Position numbers and translations under genes: made by a program. DNA of 62,623 nt, counting the filler, from Diploschistes diacapsis (Eukaryota): assembly GCA_023645945.1 (NCBI GenBank). It is 14 parts of 14 records of this genome, joined end to end, with 100 filler letters (N's around TTAATTAATTAA, not from the genome) between each part and the next. Parts side by side here need not be neighbours in the genome. Positions count along the whole stretch, not along the records: positions 13,567 to 17,965 come from JALAIB010001714.1; positions 18,066 to 22,462 come from JALAIB010001715.1; positions 22,563 to 26,957 come from JALAIB010001716.1; 11 more parts are not named here. The stretch is one strand, 5' to 3'. The notes beneath the pieces are model-generated. The model searched no databases. It was not told where the DNA came from and worked only from the letters and a program-made list of their open reading frames with translations. Within the stretch, counting starts at the first letter, position 1. Each line of letters starts with the position of its first letter. Positions 14,061-26,600 of this stretch are shown in pieces.

Positions 14061-15577
14061 TCACAGGTCCAACTTGGAGCCGGAGCCCTCCTCCTCTTCG
14101 ACAAAGGGCTCCAAGCGCTCCTTCAAGTCCTCTTCCGTCAGCTCCTCGCCACTGTACATCTGCAGCTCCCCGTTCAGCTTCTTAGGCGGGATGATGACGC
14201 TGCTAACGATGTGGATGACGCCATCCTTGACAGCGCCATCGGGCACACTGACGCTCTGGAAGCCGTTGATACGGATATTGATCAGGCGGCCGAAGCGTCC
14301 AATGTCGATGGAGAGATAGCGGTCCTCGAGCAGTGTCGGCAGATCGATGTGGAACTTGCCCTTGGGGATGTCGCTGACCTCAGCGTCGGAGCCGCTGCTC
14401 GTCTTGTAGTAGGCGTCCGAGTAGAGCGTCTGGTTGGAGACGATGTGGTACTTGAGCAGGGCCTTGAGGTATTTCTGGCCGTACTTGCTGAAGAGGAAGG
14501 CGTTGATCTTCGGGCCGAGGCGCTGGAAGGCGAAGTTGGAGGGAGCGAAGATGGTGCCGCCGAGGTGGTTCGAGGTGTCGTTGATCACGGAGTAGAGGCC
14601 GGTCTTGACGAGGCCGAGCTCGAGCGTGCTGAACTCGGAGGGGAGGAAGCTGATGAGCTTGGCAGCTTTGGGGGGTGGGATTAGGAGGCTGTCGACGGCG
14701 TGGATGACGCCGTTGCTTCCAAACTGCGAGAGTCAGCATTGTTCGTTTTGTTTCTGGGAAGAGGCGGCCTTACGAGATTGAGACCGACGATGCGGCTGTT
14801 GTAGTTGACGGTCAAGCCCTTGAGGCCGATGTTGGTGCTCAGCCTCTGCGGGGTCGACTTGGGGTCATCGCTTAAGTATTCGCCATCCAGCAAGGTGGGT
14901 ACGGTCTTTGTCACAAGCACTCTACCGGCAGGGTAGAAGTCGGACGAAATGTGATACGACAGGACCTTCCTGATGAGTTCTTTGGACGGCTTGTGCCCGT
15001 GGTCGGGAATCTTCTCGAAAGCCTTGTCTATTGGCGCGAAGACGGTGAAGTTGGCGGTGGTGCTGTTAAGCAAGTCGACCAGTTCTTGATCATCGTTGAT
15101 GAGCCCAGCAAGTTTGGTGGCGTACTTGCTCTCGTTGATGAGCTCATAAACGGTCTTGTTAGGGTTGTGGGGATGCTGAGGGCGACGGTGGGGAGGCTTT
15201 CCATGGTGCGGGGGCTCTCCGTGGTGAGGATCATCGTGGTGGTGGCGGCCATCGGTAACTTCGAACTGAGCCGACTCTAACCAGCCCTTTGCATCGAAAT
15301 ATTCCTCCTCGAGCGACTGCGTTGCTGCCTGGTAGCTATCCGAGGCCCAGTCGATGGCGTTGTCGAGAGCATTCTTCGAGCCATCGATAACCGACGATGC
15401 CGAGTCTTCAACTAATTCGAGAATCTCATCTTTTGAGGGTATCTTCGATTTGATATTGTCAAACACAGAGTTGGTTGTCTTGTCAGATTCAATAGAGATC
15501 TCGCTCATAACATTTTGCTCGGGAATGACTATGGCCGCTGAAAGGGCGGCAAGCGGCAAAAGCGCCGAGACCTTCAT
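14061..15577 (-). CDS. Secreted fasciclin (two FAS1 domains) with a His/Pro-rich linker; intron 14724-14773
   Basis: Signal peptide MKVSALLPLAALSAA; FTVFAPIDKAF...NGVIHAVDSLLIPP and TIFAPSNFAF...DGVIHIVSSVIIPP. Confidence 0.9.
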
Positions 15578-16108
15578 GTTTGATTCTGTGAAGCAAGTGA
15601 GAAGACAGAATTGAAACTGAGAGGATGAAATAGCAAGGGCGGAGAAGATGATAGAACAAGAGGCGAAGAGGAGGAAAGGCTACGAGTATCAGTAAGACTA
15701 TCAAGTAAGACGAAGGATCAATGATGTGATGACGACGACTCTCCAGAAGCTACGGACTGCTTTTGGTGCGAAAGGTCGCTGCCTGATCCTCCTCGAGCTT
15801 TGTGTAGATACTATGTAGACGGCTTAGTTCGCAAACTTTACCTTATTCTATCGTTACTTGAATGCAACGGCCTTGGAGGAGCGGTTAACCACTTGAAGGT
15901 TTCTTTTTCTTTTTCTTTTCTGGGATAATGAGGTTGTGCATAAGTTATGCCCAGTTTTGTGAAATGCATCCGTCATCATCATCAACCACGAGTCTTGGCA
16001 GTGCTCGAAAGCGACTTCAATCCTTCCCTCATGCGACAACATCTGAAGGTTATATCTTGCGGCAGGTTCCAGCAGGTTCCATCTTAACGCCTTTGCGCAA
16101 CCTACAAT

Positions 16109-16995
16109 ATGGCTGTCGGTGCCCTCCGCCGAGCAACAGTTCAAGCTAGTATGCTCTGCGTACTTTCCACCGTCCTGGCCCAGATACTGCGCGAATACCG
16201 TAAGACAGGCAACTTCTCGCCCATAGCCGCTCTCGAGCCGGTTGCCATTGTCCAGTTTCTGGCCTGGTGTCTGATCTCAACACCGCTGAACTTCCTCTGG
16301 CAGGAATATCTGGAAAGGCACTTTCCTGGATATCCACCAGCACCAGCACCAGCAGATAAGAAAGTCAAGGTTGATGATGACGGCAAGGTTCGTCCATGGC
16401 TGTTTCATGTAGTATTGTTTTCAGAAGTGCCGTAAGAAGGAAGGTCTCATTCTAGGCGAAAGAGGTGGGAGCCTTCTCGATGTAGAGATCTTTAAAGCGC
16501 AGAGCTGGTGGGTTGCTTTGTTAGTTGTGACGCTAAACTTGCTATCAGGGCGTAACCATCGAGCAGCCCCTCAATGTAAAGAACACCGCCATCAAGTTCC
16601 TGCTCGACCAGACTATTGGGGGTGTCGGTAACAATGCCGGCTTCCTTGCTGGCATCACCCTTATCCGAGGCGGGAGCCTGAGCGAGTGCTTTACTGCTAT
16701 CAACAATGTGAGAAGCTTCCCGTTGACCCCTTTCCGCTCCCACAGTATAGCTTCCGAAGTTGCCTCGCAATGAAAGTATCTCTAAATGCCTGTTGCGATT
16801 ACTCTCATGTCCCTCCATGAAGATTTATTGACGCTCAACTAGGAATTCTGGCCACTGACAAAAGCCGCTGCACGCGTCTGGCCCGCCGTCAGTCTTTTCA
16901 ACTTCCTCGTCGTGCCAACCGAGAAGCGTGTTGTCGTGGGGAGCATCGTCGGCCTGTTCTGGGGCATCTTCATGGTGCTGAGGGTAACGGACTAA
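16109..16995 (+). CDS. Mpv17/PMP22 family membrane protein; introns 16388-16548 and 16708-16842
   Basis: PLNFLWQEYLERHFP, NTAIKFLLDQTIG, EFWPLTKAAARVWPAVSLFNFLVVP...VGLFWGIFM after splicing. Confidence 0.88.
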
Positions 16996-17266
16996 ATCGA
17001 GCATCGAGGTTGCTGGAGGAAGGTGGATGTCAAACTGAGTTGTTGCTCTGCAAAGGAATAATGTAGCAAGCACTTGAACGGGGTATGAAGAGGCGTATCC
17101 CCCCAAACCAAGTGCATGGCCACCATAACACGAGAAAGGGGATGAACACACTCTGCACTCTTCTCCAGCCCAATGCCTCACACCCTGTCCCACTCCACCC
17201 CCGGCTTCCAAAACAGCCATTATTTATACCCCAGTACCGCCCTCTGCTCCCAGATCCGCCTGACAC

Positions 17267-17506
17267 GGACTCCTAGCGCAGTGGTCACAACCAGTGATTC
17301 TGGTAAGCCTGAGTAAGGTCAGCGGTTCAATTCCCAGGATTAGAGTATCTATCAGGCTTGAGAATGCCGACACCACACAATACTGTGGATGACGGTAGGG
17401 ACTCGCCTTGACGTGATACACTTCCTGCTAAAAAAACATTTCATTACGGTGGTCTAAGTTTCCTATCTTCCTCAGGCAACAATATGCCTAGGAGATTAGG
17501 TTTTTT
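17267..17506 (+). ncRNA. tRNA-headed, structured Pol III-type transcription unit (ncRNA or tRNA-derived SINE)
   Basis: A-box TAGCGCAGTGG 17274-17284, B-box GGTTCAATTCC 17324-17334, upstream TATTTATA, several hairpins, T6 at 17501-17506; no complete cloverleaf. Confidence 0.55.
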
Positions 17507-18065
17507 GATGGAGATTGTGTATCTTTTTCCTTTTGCTTTTTGTTTTGCTGGCCGCTTTTTTGAATTGGCAGAGTATAGAACGTCCCCGGATGCTCTTATC
17601 AAAATAGTTTTCTTTGTAAGCCGAAGGCTCTAATGGGCTTGTTGTGATTATTATGATAGTGTCGCTGCTTATACTTGGGTATCCGGGTATCCACTTTGTT
17701 ATCGGTTAGTCCCGAACTGTGCTGTGCTCGCGATGGTAACTTGCTATATTTCCTTCTTGGCAAAGTTCTCAATCTTACATTTTTTGCTTCACTGCCCTCA
17801 CCGTCCACTACTCGTACAGCGCTCAACGGCAATCACACTAGAATTCCCATGAACGCGGCCGATTATTTCTATCTTTACGACAGCTATCCCCTATTCAAGC
17901 TACAAACCCGCCGTCCTACCCCATCCCCTAATAACCACAACCACCTCCCTCCCTCAAACCCCCTANNNNNNNNNNNNNNNNNNNNNNNNNNNNNNNNNNN
18001 NNNNNNNNNTTAATTAATTAANNNNNNNNNNNNNNNNNNNNNNNNNNNNNNNNNNNNNNNNNNNN

Positions 18066-18707
18066 ATTAGATTTTAATAAGATAAAATCGGTATTATACG
18101 ACGTGGCCATTGTTAAAGAAATCGAAGAAAAAGATAAAAGTTATAATAAGAGGTGGCCCACTTCCCCGTCAAACACGTTAATACTGGTTCGTTAAATCTA
18201 ATAAAACATGTAAGGATTAACGATCGTTTAAAGCACGTCGATATTATTTATCATGACGTACGAGATCTTATTAAATAGGAACGCATTAAGATATCTTATA
18301 TTTTTATCGATAAAATAATTATTAATAAGTCTACGAAACTATTGAATTACTCAAAGTATAACGCCCTTATTGAAAAACTCGGTTTAATTTAAAAGATATT
18401 TAATTAAACTATATAAACACCCTAAATAACTCCGTTTATAAAAAAAATATTAAACAGATAGGTAAAAGGTATGGCTATAAGTTCAATTCAATTCTGGAAG
18501 GTTTAATTTAATTAAACTTAAAAGTTCAGTTTAACTGAACTTCCCGAGGTTTAGTTTAATTGAATTTATTGGGGTTCCGACTAGACTGATTCGGGAATAA
18601 AATAGGTAATAAGGCTTAGCGGATCCCGTAAGGATAAAAAAATCTGCAAAATAGGATAGCCTCCTAGATAAGCCCCTAGACTTTAATATATCTATTACGT
18701 TGCCAAC
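18066..18707 (+). mobile_element. RIP-mutated Ty1/copia 3' end: RNase H tail, purine tract and 3' LTR (~18448-18707)
   Basis: Reverting RIP changes gives KHVDII.HDVRDL...ISY..TD.M.A...TK.L; homologous to 31540-32080. Confidence 0.8.
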
Positions 18708-18960
18708 CAGATTTTAAATTTTCGATAGGAGCTTAAAGTGTCTCGAAACTCTTCTAAGATGGCTAAAACGGTTAAAAAGATCTTTACGAAGGTTACGTTT
18801 CTGACGATAAAGAATAAAACGCTTTAAAAAGATCTCGATATATCGTTAGAAACGTAAGCGCACTATTATAATTATAAAAAATAAGTTTTTAATTTTTACA
18901 AAACCTATTAACGTCGAAAAAAAGAGCACTCTACAAGATACATAAGTAAAAAAGATAGAC
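18708..18960 (+). mobile_element. Internal fragment of the pogo/Fot1-like element (3' part of the transposase)
   Basis: Aligns by eye with ~29945-30200 (e.g. atcgttagaaacgtaagcgcactattata vs atcgttaaaaacgtaagcgtattattatg). Confidence 0.8.
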
Positions 18961-18963
18961 GTA

Positions 18964-19407
18964 CAGTCACGTCCCAAAAGTAATGGTCCCTCCACCAAAA
19001 CACACCAAAATTTTCGCATTTCAGGAAACTCCCAACTCATCAATTAAAGGTTTTAGGAGTTGAAAAGATTATAACGGACATTTAAAACTACGCTCAATAT
19101 ATATAAATTCTTTTAAAAAAACTTTATGCGATATAGAGTAATTAATAATACGATAAACTTTTAAAGTATATCGCTGCCGTCAAAAATCGCGGCAGCGGTA
19201 CGTTCTCGATCTTTACAACGTAATTATTTTCGTTATAGCTTTAATAATTTCAAAAAAAAAATAGTAGAATAAATATTTATTTTATTATAAAAAGTTTGAA
19301 TATTTTTTTAGATTTTTAAAAGGCTTATGGGTGGTATAATAGTTCTATAAAATAGACGCATTTTGGTGTAATTTGGGGAAGGGTCCATTACTTTTGGCAT
19401 AGTACTG
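18964..19407. mobile_element. Tc1/mariner-type non-autonomous element (444 bp) with ~50-bp imperfect TIRs and TA target duplication
   Basis: TA|CAGTCACGTCCCAAAAGTAATGGTCCCT ... AGGGTCCATTACTTTTGGCATAGTACTG|TA. Confidence 0.8.
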
Positions 19408-21581
19408 TAGGTCAGGCTGCGTTACCTCGTAGCAAGTATTGGCGTTACAATCTTACTTCATTATGTTATGCCGTTCACCCATCCCATCTGCATATCAGGA
19501 GCAAGACCTCCCACCCCATTCAAAATTCCCATTGATTCTTCAACAGCTCATCATCAAATCCGCCATCGTGCGACGTACTGCTTCTGATAGGGGCCAGGAA
19601 TCTGCCTACCGGATCTGTCATCGCTCTTAAAGGTTTGGTTTGAAGAATGTTTGGACCTGTAAGATCTGAATCAGCCTATGGCGGCACAGCAAGTTCTGTC
19701 AATATCAGTGTTATGACGGGTCATGAACCCGGGTCATACTACAGGTCAGAATCTGCTCTACTTCACCCAGATTTACCTATAGAGATAAACTCCACCAAAG
19801 TTGGGTCACGTCAAGCCGGAGCCCAATATGACCCCAAGTCATAACACTGGTCAGCATTTGTCATCCCTATCCGGCGCCTTCTTCAACCATTTAAATTCAT
19901 ACGGTTCAGGTTCCTACTGCTCACTATCCCTTCGTTGTTTAAGAATGACCCAACAATATGTCACGCAGCAACCTGCTAGATCACTCAACTTATTGAAATG
20001 GGTCCCTTACCGGATTTCTGATCGCTCTGGTCCTCTGTTCCAAGGGTGGTGGGTAAGGTGCGTTGCTCTTCTTGCCATCCAAGCCTGCGGTTGATTATGC
20101 TAACGCATACAGGATCGTTGTCGAAGGGGTTGTCGGCCTCATCAATAATGGACATTATCACTTTGACAACCTCATCCCTGCCGAGACTTAATCTCGCTCC
20201 TCGGACCATCCTGAGTGTAAGCGGTGCAATGAGGACCTTCCTGTCCTTGAGGGCAACCAGCTTTTCAAAGTTTGTCGGCGACAGTTCAAAGGCTATACAC
20301 ATTCCTATCAGTAAGATGGTCACGAGTTATCCGACTGCGCTCACCTCGGTTCATGGTGGACATTCTTTACACGGGAGGTACAAGAGAAGAATGGTGGAGA
20401 CACTACACGTTGCTAGAGAAGACTCATCGACGCCTATGACTTGTTAGCTCTCTGCTTATACGCCGTGCTGCGACATAACAACACAATAATTCCTCAACGA
20501 TCTTCGACAGGGTACGTGCGCACGCAACTGCAATGATGAAAGAAGTTTGCAACAGCGAGCTAACCAAGAAAGCGGTGGCAGTTCAGCGCGAGTGAAGAGG
20601 AGGCTTTGTACTGGACAGATGGATAAGATACTGCTAGCAAGCCATGGGACGGAGATGGCTTCAAGCCTTCAGTTGGCGTAGCTAGATCAATTGGTACTTG
20701 ACTCAAATGGAAGGGGATGTATAAGAATGGCGCAAATGCTCAACAAAAATTTTGAGAACGCGGGTTTGGCAAGGCTTTAGTCCCGCCGACAAAAACCCAC
20801 GTTGGCCGCATGCTGATACCTTGGCCATCTTCCCAATACAGGAACTACATCAAAGGGTGAGTTATTTCGAGCATCATCAACTACATTAGGTGGAAGAAAA
20901 TGGAGATTGGTCAAAGAGCGAATCAACTCGAGCGTCATCAACTTTTGGGGTAGAAGAAGAAGTATGTATGTACAGACGTAGATGTAACTTGGCAGGGCGC
21001 TTGTCTTTGATAATCAATGTTCATACTATGACTCCTTCGATCTGCTCTATGCATACTCCCACGGCTTAGAGAATGAGGGCCTTAGTCCGCCAGCCGAAAG
21101 CCCTTCATACTAGACCAATGCTATCTATCTTTCTCCGACCCAAGGGGGGGGCTGAACGAAACCCCAAGCGAGTCTGGTTCCAGCGCTTTTCGCAAGGTTC
21201 CGAGTACGAGACCTTTGGGCATCTCCTTTTACTTGACAGGTTCTGCCTTTGGGAAAACGGGCTCCCCAGTGTGCGCGCATCAGTCACCGGTATGTTGCTT
21301 CCAACGGTACATATATCGCCTTTCCTCCCAGACGTTGAAGGCTGCAGCAATTCGTCTGGCCCGGAACGTGGAGCCCGGATTCAAGTCATCCACCTTTCGA
21401 AGATCTTTCTCTCAAGTATTGGAGTTCCTTATCCCCTATGGAAAAGCGCCAGGAATCTGAAATAAGCCTATCGAGTCGGAACCTTGAAAATAGGTTACAG
21501 GACAAGCTTCTCAGCCCGTCAATTATAGGGGAAGTGTTATTCTATCTTGTGGAGCATCTGTAATTTACAGGTAAGTTAGAT

Positions 21582-22462
21582 TTTCCGGAAGTTACTTACT
21601 GCACCATACAAATTTGTATGGAGCATCAGGTACTTCGGAAACCCTCTTTTATTTATTTACTTTTTTGTTGCTTATTTAAATTTTTTCTTCCATTTTTTTC
21701 TTCTTTTGTTAACACATTTAATAGATACACGATGTCTGGCCTATCTGCGCCCCCGCCCCCGGTTTTCGACGTTAACGATCCCGACGACGTCTAAATCTTC
21801 GACCTGCTTTCGGACGAGCTCGTCCGCCTCGATGGCGTCCCCCTGCGTCCGCCGCGCTCGATTTCTTTACGCCCGCCGCGCTCGACCCCGATCGCGGCCC
21901 TTCGCCGCCGCTAGCATCTTTGCCCCCGGCTGGGAGGCTTTATAGCTTCCCCCCGGGCTTCCTTAAGAAGAGAACACGTTTGTTCGCCGTCGCGGACGTC
22001 CTTAGGATATCTGCGACGGAATTCGACGCGTTCTGACCGTACGTGGACAATTTTTAAATCTTTGTAGCAAAAGATCAAAAACGTTACGCTCTATCGATGT
22101 CGGCAGTAGCGTGCCGATTCGCCGTCGACGGTCGTCGAGGGCGACGTCGAGATTAAGAGAAGAAAGCTGTCGCGGCGTTTATAGATAAGTGGCCTTCTCT
22201 GAAAGCGATTATTTATTAACTACGGTAGTTTAGGGAGGTTTTGGAGGGCCTGTAGGCCTCTTTCTACGACTGGGAGGCTACGGCGGAGCGGGAATCGCCC
22301 GAGGCCTGTGACGGCCTCATGCGCGTCTTTCTGGACGCTGTAGGCGGTCTCGCTGGCGAGGTGCGACGTCGCGCGGAGGATGGGCTGGCTGGGAGGAGGT
22401 AGAGGGCACGGGGAAGGGGTGGAAAACGGTCTCAACGCCGTTAGGGTGGGTTGAGAGAGGGG
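21582..22462 (+). mobile_element. RIP-mutated element with terminal hairpin and degenerate ORF (possibly Mutator-like), copy A, truncated by contig end
   Basis: Hairpin 21582-21641; CpA/TpG-depleted ORF remnant VADVLRISATEFDAF*PYVDNF*...YRCR; homologous to 32085-32862. Confidence 0.55.
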
Positions 22463-23609
22463 NNNNNNNNNNNNNNNNNNNNNNNNNNNNNNNNNNNNNN
22501 NNNNNNTTAATTAATTAANNNNNNNNNNNNNNNNNNNNNNNNNNNNNNNNNNNNNNNNNNNNAGGAAGTGGTTTGCGCATGTGAAGAGGGGGCGGTGGAA
22601 GGGGGTTGATGTTGGGAAGCTTTTTTGATACATGGAGAAGCTTGGGGCAGAAGTATAAGGGGTCCAAAATGCATATACGATGTCGGTGTTATCGGATGGG
22701 CTACCGGGGATTTTCGGGGTTACTCTATATCTACCGTAACGAGTAACGAGTACATAATATCGGCACACGAAACGGCTTACATTGCAGGGCCGACGGGGGA
22801 AGATTCTGGATACACCACCGTTGTAGCAGGCAAAGGATACATTCTACATCTGGCGTGTCTTCCCTTTTTTTTTTCTGTTGTACAATGATCTGTGTGCCAG
22901 TGAGTCAGATTCTCCTTGGGGAGTGCTCCCGTGCTATATACACTCGCAGCCCGGTGATGTGAAGCGTGGTATGGCGCCATTCTCTATACTAACGGCGACG
23001 GGTAGGTGCTTAGCGCCCCAAGCAAAACTCACGAAAATGCTAGATATCCTAAGTCCCACTCAACCTTCTGCATGCGCGGCCACCCTGCTCGGCAACCCCA
23101 GCTTCAGTCGGTGCGGTTGCAGCGAGCGACCTCACGAAGTCTCTGGGCTCCCTCAAGGGCGCTCGACGCAGGCTCGGCGTTGCCTATGGGGACAGCGGCA
23201 AGGGATATCTATTTGATATTCTCGACCCAGCCGCTAACTTCCCGGTTTTTGCGCACGTATTGGTTTGTTCACTGTGCACATACCGTAAATTTTTGGTTCG
23301 GTTTGGAGTTCGATAGTTTGCAAGATTTGCACCCTGGCTTTCGAGAACATCACGGTCTGGGAACAGTAACCCAAGCTTTATAGCTCCGGCATAATCGGAT
23401 CCCACGGCGTTGCTCCGTTAAGGATATCGTGGCCAGCGGGTTTGGGCCTTTTGAGTCCTGTGGTGCGGTCGTAGCTACGACCAGGAACAACGAGAGGAGG
23501 TCCTCCAAACAATTGCTCTCCACGTGCTTCTTCAGTCTGCTCTGTTGTAAGTACGCCCTGGCTTGGACACCATAAGCGATCATGGCATTTGCAGCGGTCG
23601 CTGTCCGGA

Positions 23610-26564
23610 TCAGGCTTCGTTGACTGTTATTTTTATACGCTTCGATGCGCTGGCACTTAAATAATCATTATAGGATGATAGTGCTGAATCTCCGACCCCG
23701 ATTTTGTTTTTCTTCTGATTTTTTACGTCATAAAAACGTGCTTTTTGTTGCTCCAGCAACAAAAACTGCCTCTTGTAATCCTTATCTGTCGCAGTAGTAG
23801 AGCTCCAGCTGATCGCTTTAGGGTTTTCTAGTTGCTTGAAGCGATGAACGAGCTTTGAAGTACCGTGGAAATCTTGCACGTGGCGCTCCAATAATTCTGA
23901 TGTCCTGAATCCAAGTTGACTTCTCAGGCAATCAGGCTGACTGCACAAAATCCCTTGCCCATGACGAATGCTTTCATGATCTTTCCTTGCATGAGCGGTC
24001 GCGAATCCTGCGCTTCTTCTCGGGCAATCTGAATACCGGCAGATGTAGGCAGAATCATCGTACCTTTGTCTGAATCTGGCTAGCGCCTCTCTCTCGGAAT
24101 GCGAGGACGGATCCCATTTCAGGACTCGATGGAAAATATCTTCATATCTGGAATTGATGGCACTTAATAGAGTGGGATCCGTTGTTTGGCGTAGGTGATC
24201 CATTTCTGGCTGCCTGTCAGTGGATCTAACATCAACGAAAAGCTTGACACTCGGTGTGTGTACCTTCGCCAGTCCTTTTTTTGCATGTCTTCAACTGTTC
24301 CTGAAAGCCGAGACAATTCTGAACGAACAATTGAGGGTCCTCGTCCTCCAAATTAGGATTGGTATGGCTCGGCGCCGTAGTCCGCCCGGTAGTCTGTAGC
24401 AGATCCGTTTGTCGATGAACAAGGCGCGCTACTGATGCATGCAGTGTAGAATCGCGAATAACATGAAGCTCATCAACGCTGCGGAATGCCAACAGATGTT
24501 GAAGCCAGTACTCGTTGGCATAAAGATGCAAGCCATGATACGACCTGAGAACGCCAAGAAATTTCTCCGAATCAGCTACGCGTTCATCGATTAGATCGAA
24601 GCTTGAGCACAAATAGGATATACAGGCAGTAGCCATGTCGTGATGTGCATCTTTGAGGCGTACTGCTGAATTATGAATTGAGTCGACAAGGTACCTGTGC
24701 CGGGAGAAGTGAGCCAAGACCTAGGCTTGAATAGGAAGAGATTTCTGACTCTCTGACCGTGAAGTGCATGAACTTGACTACTCCAGAAGATGTAATCTCT
24801 ATAAGTGGCTTGCACAAATCTAATGCATTGCCCCAGAGCCTATAATGACTGTTCGATAAAGCGTTTGGGTCGACGAGACTAACAGCATCAAGAAGCTCAT
24901 GTTGCTTGAGTGGACGCTTACAGACACAAAGGCATTGCATTATTCGAAAGGCTGTAATTTGGTCTCTTTGTTCCAGTTGGGTCCTGATACTTTCTATAAT
25001 TGTCGCGTACCTAGCACTATTGGTTAGCTTTCAAGGCAGCTTGATTGAGCAAATCACTCACAAGTCTTGCAGTCCCTTTGGCACTGAGGTGACAACAGCA
25101 CGAAGTTCTGCCATGCTGCTTACATTTTGAAGAAGGCATAGCACGAGCTTGACCCAGAGATACATTCCTGCGCAGTATTAGTGCAGCCTGTAGAGCATGG
25201 TGGGAATATTCAAACCTTCAGCTTTGGCCACAATGTCTTGCTCAATCCTGTTAACCATGTCCTGGTGGCCTTCATAGGCGACCTGATCAGGAAAGTCTGG
25301 TAGGCTTTCATGTACAAAATTCCTGATGGCTGGCTCAATGAAAGAGCGCTCCGCGCTCAACGCCATAGTGGGGTATTTTGCTAAGTGTCTCGATATTGAA
25401 CGTATGTCCCTGCTAGTGAATAATATTTTGCATCTGCCTCCGCTTTCTTGAGGCCGAGCTAGAGGCAGCAAGCCAAGTATCACTTGGCTTTGATCAGTTT
25501 CAGCGCACTCATCAACACCATCAACGCAAATGCGGGTTTCCTCAAGGCCATTCAAGAGGTAGGAGATCAAAGATTTGAGCTTCGAAGTTGATGAAGACCA
25601 CCCTTTCTCGATATACTCTTTGTGAATATAAGCACACAGGCCCTGGTTCCTTCTAACTAATTGGGTCGTCAAGCATTTCAAAATGTGATTCAGCTCATTC
25701 CCGTGTAGTGAGAATGAGCTGCAGAAGTAATAGAGTACCGTACCGCCGGTGTGATCCTCAAGCATCCTAATGATTGAGGATGCGAGTACACTTTTACCTA
25801 AGACACATATATTAGTGCACGTTTGCATTCCTCAAATACAATCTAATCACCAGCACCCGGGTTGCCGGATACCCATAGAATATTTTTTTGCTCGGAAGAA
25901 GCAAGCCATAGTCTCGCTTTTTCGTGGTCCCGAAACCACTGACAAGAGTTCGAGTGGATCTGCTCCAGATGCTGTTCAAGCTTATCCTCCTGCTGGTAGT
26001 CTTGCACGTTGAGCCATGTCAGTACTGATGAGAACTGAGTGCTTGCATACAAATCCTCCTGCTTTCGAGTATCTTCCACGGCTTTGCGTCGCCACTCCTC
26101 GGCTCTAACTATATCAATCGAGGCAGCTTCCCTGTCAATCAGGTCGCTATGGTGCACAATGCTACTCAGTATGCGATTGAAGCGCCGACTGAATCCTGTC
26201 CACAATGCATCAAAGAAGATTTTCCATCCTTGGGTACATTAGCTATGCTTGTCGAAATCACGTGTACTACTCAGGGCGAAACTCACCAGGCCTGTGGAGG
26301 AATTTGTAAGCTTCCCTGTGGAACTCCAGTATATCTGCAAATACAACAGCGAGGACATGCTGCAAACCTGGATCCTTGCCCAACGTATCGTTTAGCCGAT
26401 TCAATCGTGGCAGGACTTCCCTTATCCGCCCGTATGCTGTGACAATATTTTCGATCGCAACTGCATGATCGCTTGCAACCTATGGCGATGTGCATCAGCT
26501 GCGGGCTCAGATATGGACATTCCTGCCTAAGGAGCCGTACCTGGAGGATCACTTTCATCGGTGC
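23610..26564 (-). CDS. NACHT-domain (NLR-like) protein with C-terminal C2H2 zinc fingers, multi-exon, 5' end missing
   Basis: Walker A GNPGAG|KSVLAS (intron-split), Walker B ICVDGVDEC, KILFTSR, VKFMHFTVRE, YANEYWLQHL, CRYSDC..H...H and CSQPDC..H...H. Confidence 0.85.
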
Positions 26565-26600
26565 CTGAGGTATTTTCAGAAGTCATATCCCAAAACAGTA

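Noticed and set aside
13875..14684. 269-aa plus-strand ORF
   Set aside because: Antisense shadow of the GC3-rich fasciclin gene; the same applies to long antisense ORFs over VPS29, Ohr and the adhesin-like gene
17267..17345. Functional tRNA gene
   Set aside because: T-stem and acceptor stem cannot pair; kept instead as a Pol III-type element
19410..21500. Several 60-130 aa ORFs
   Set aside because: No recognisable motif or consistent splice model; cannot be supported, though a degenerate gene is not excluded
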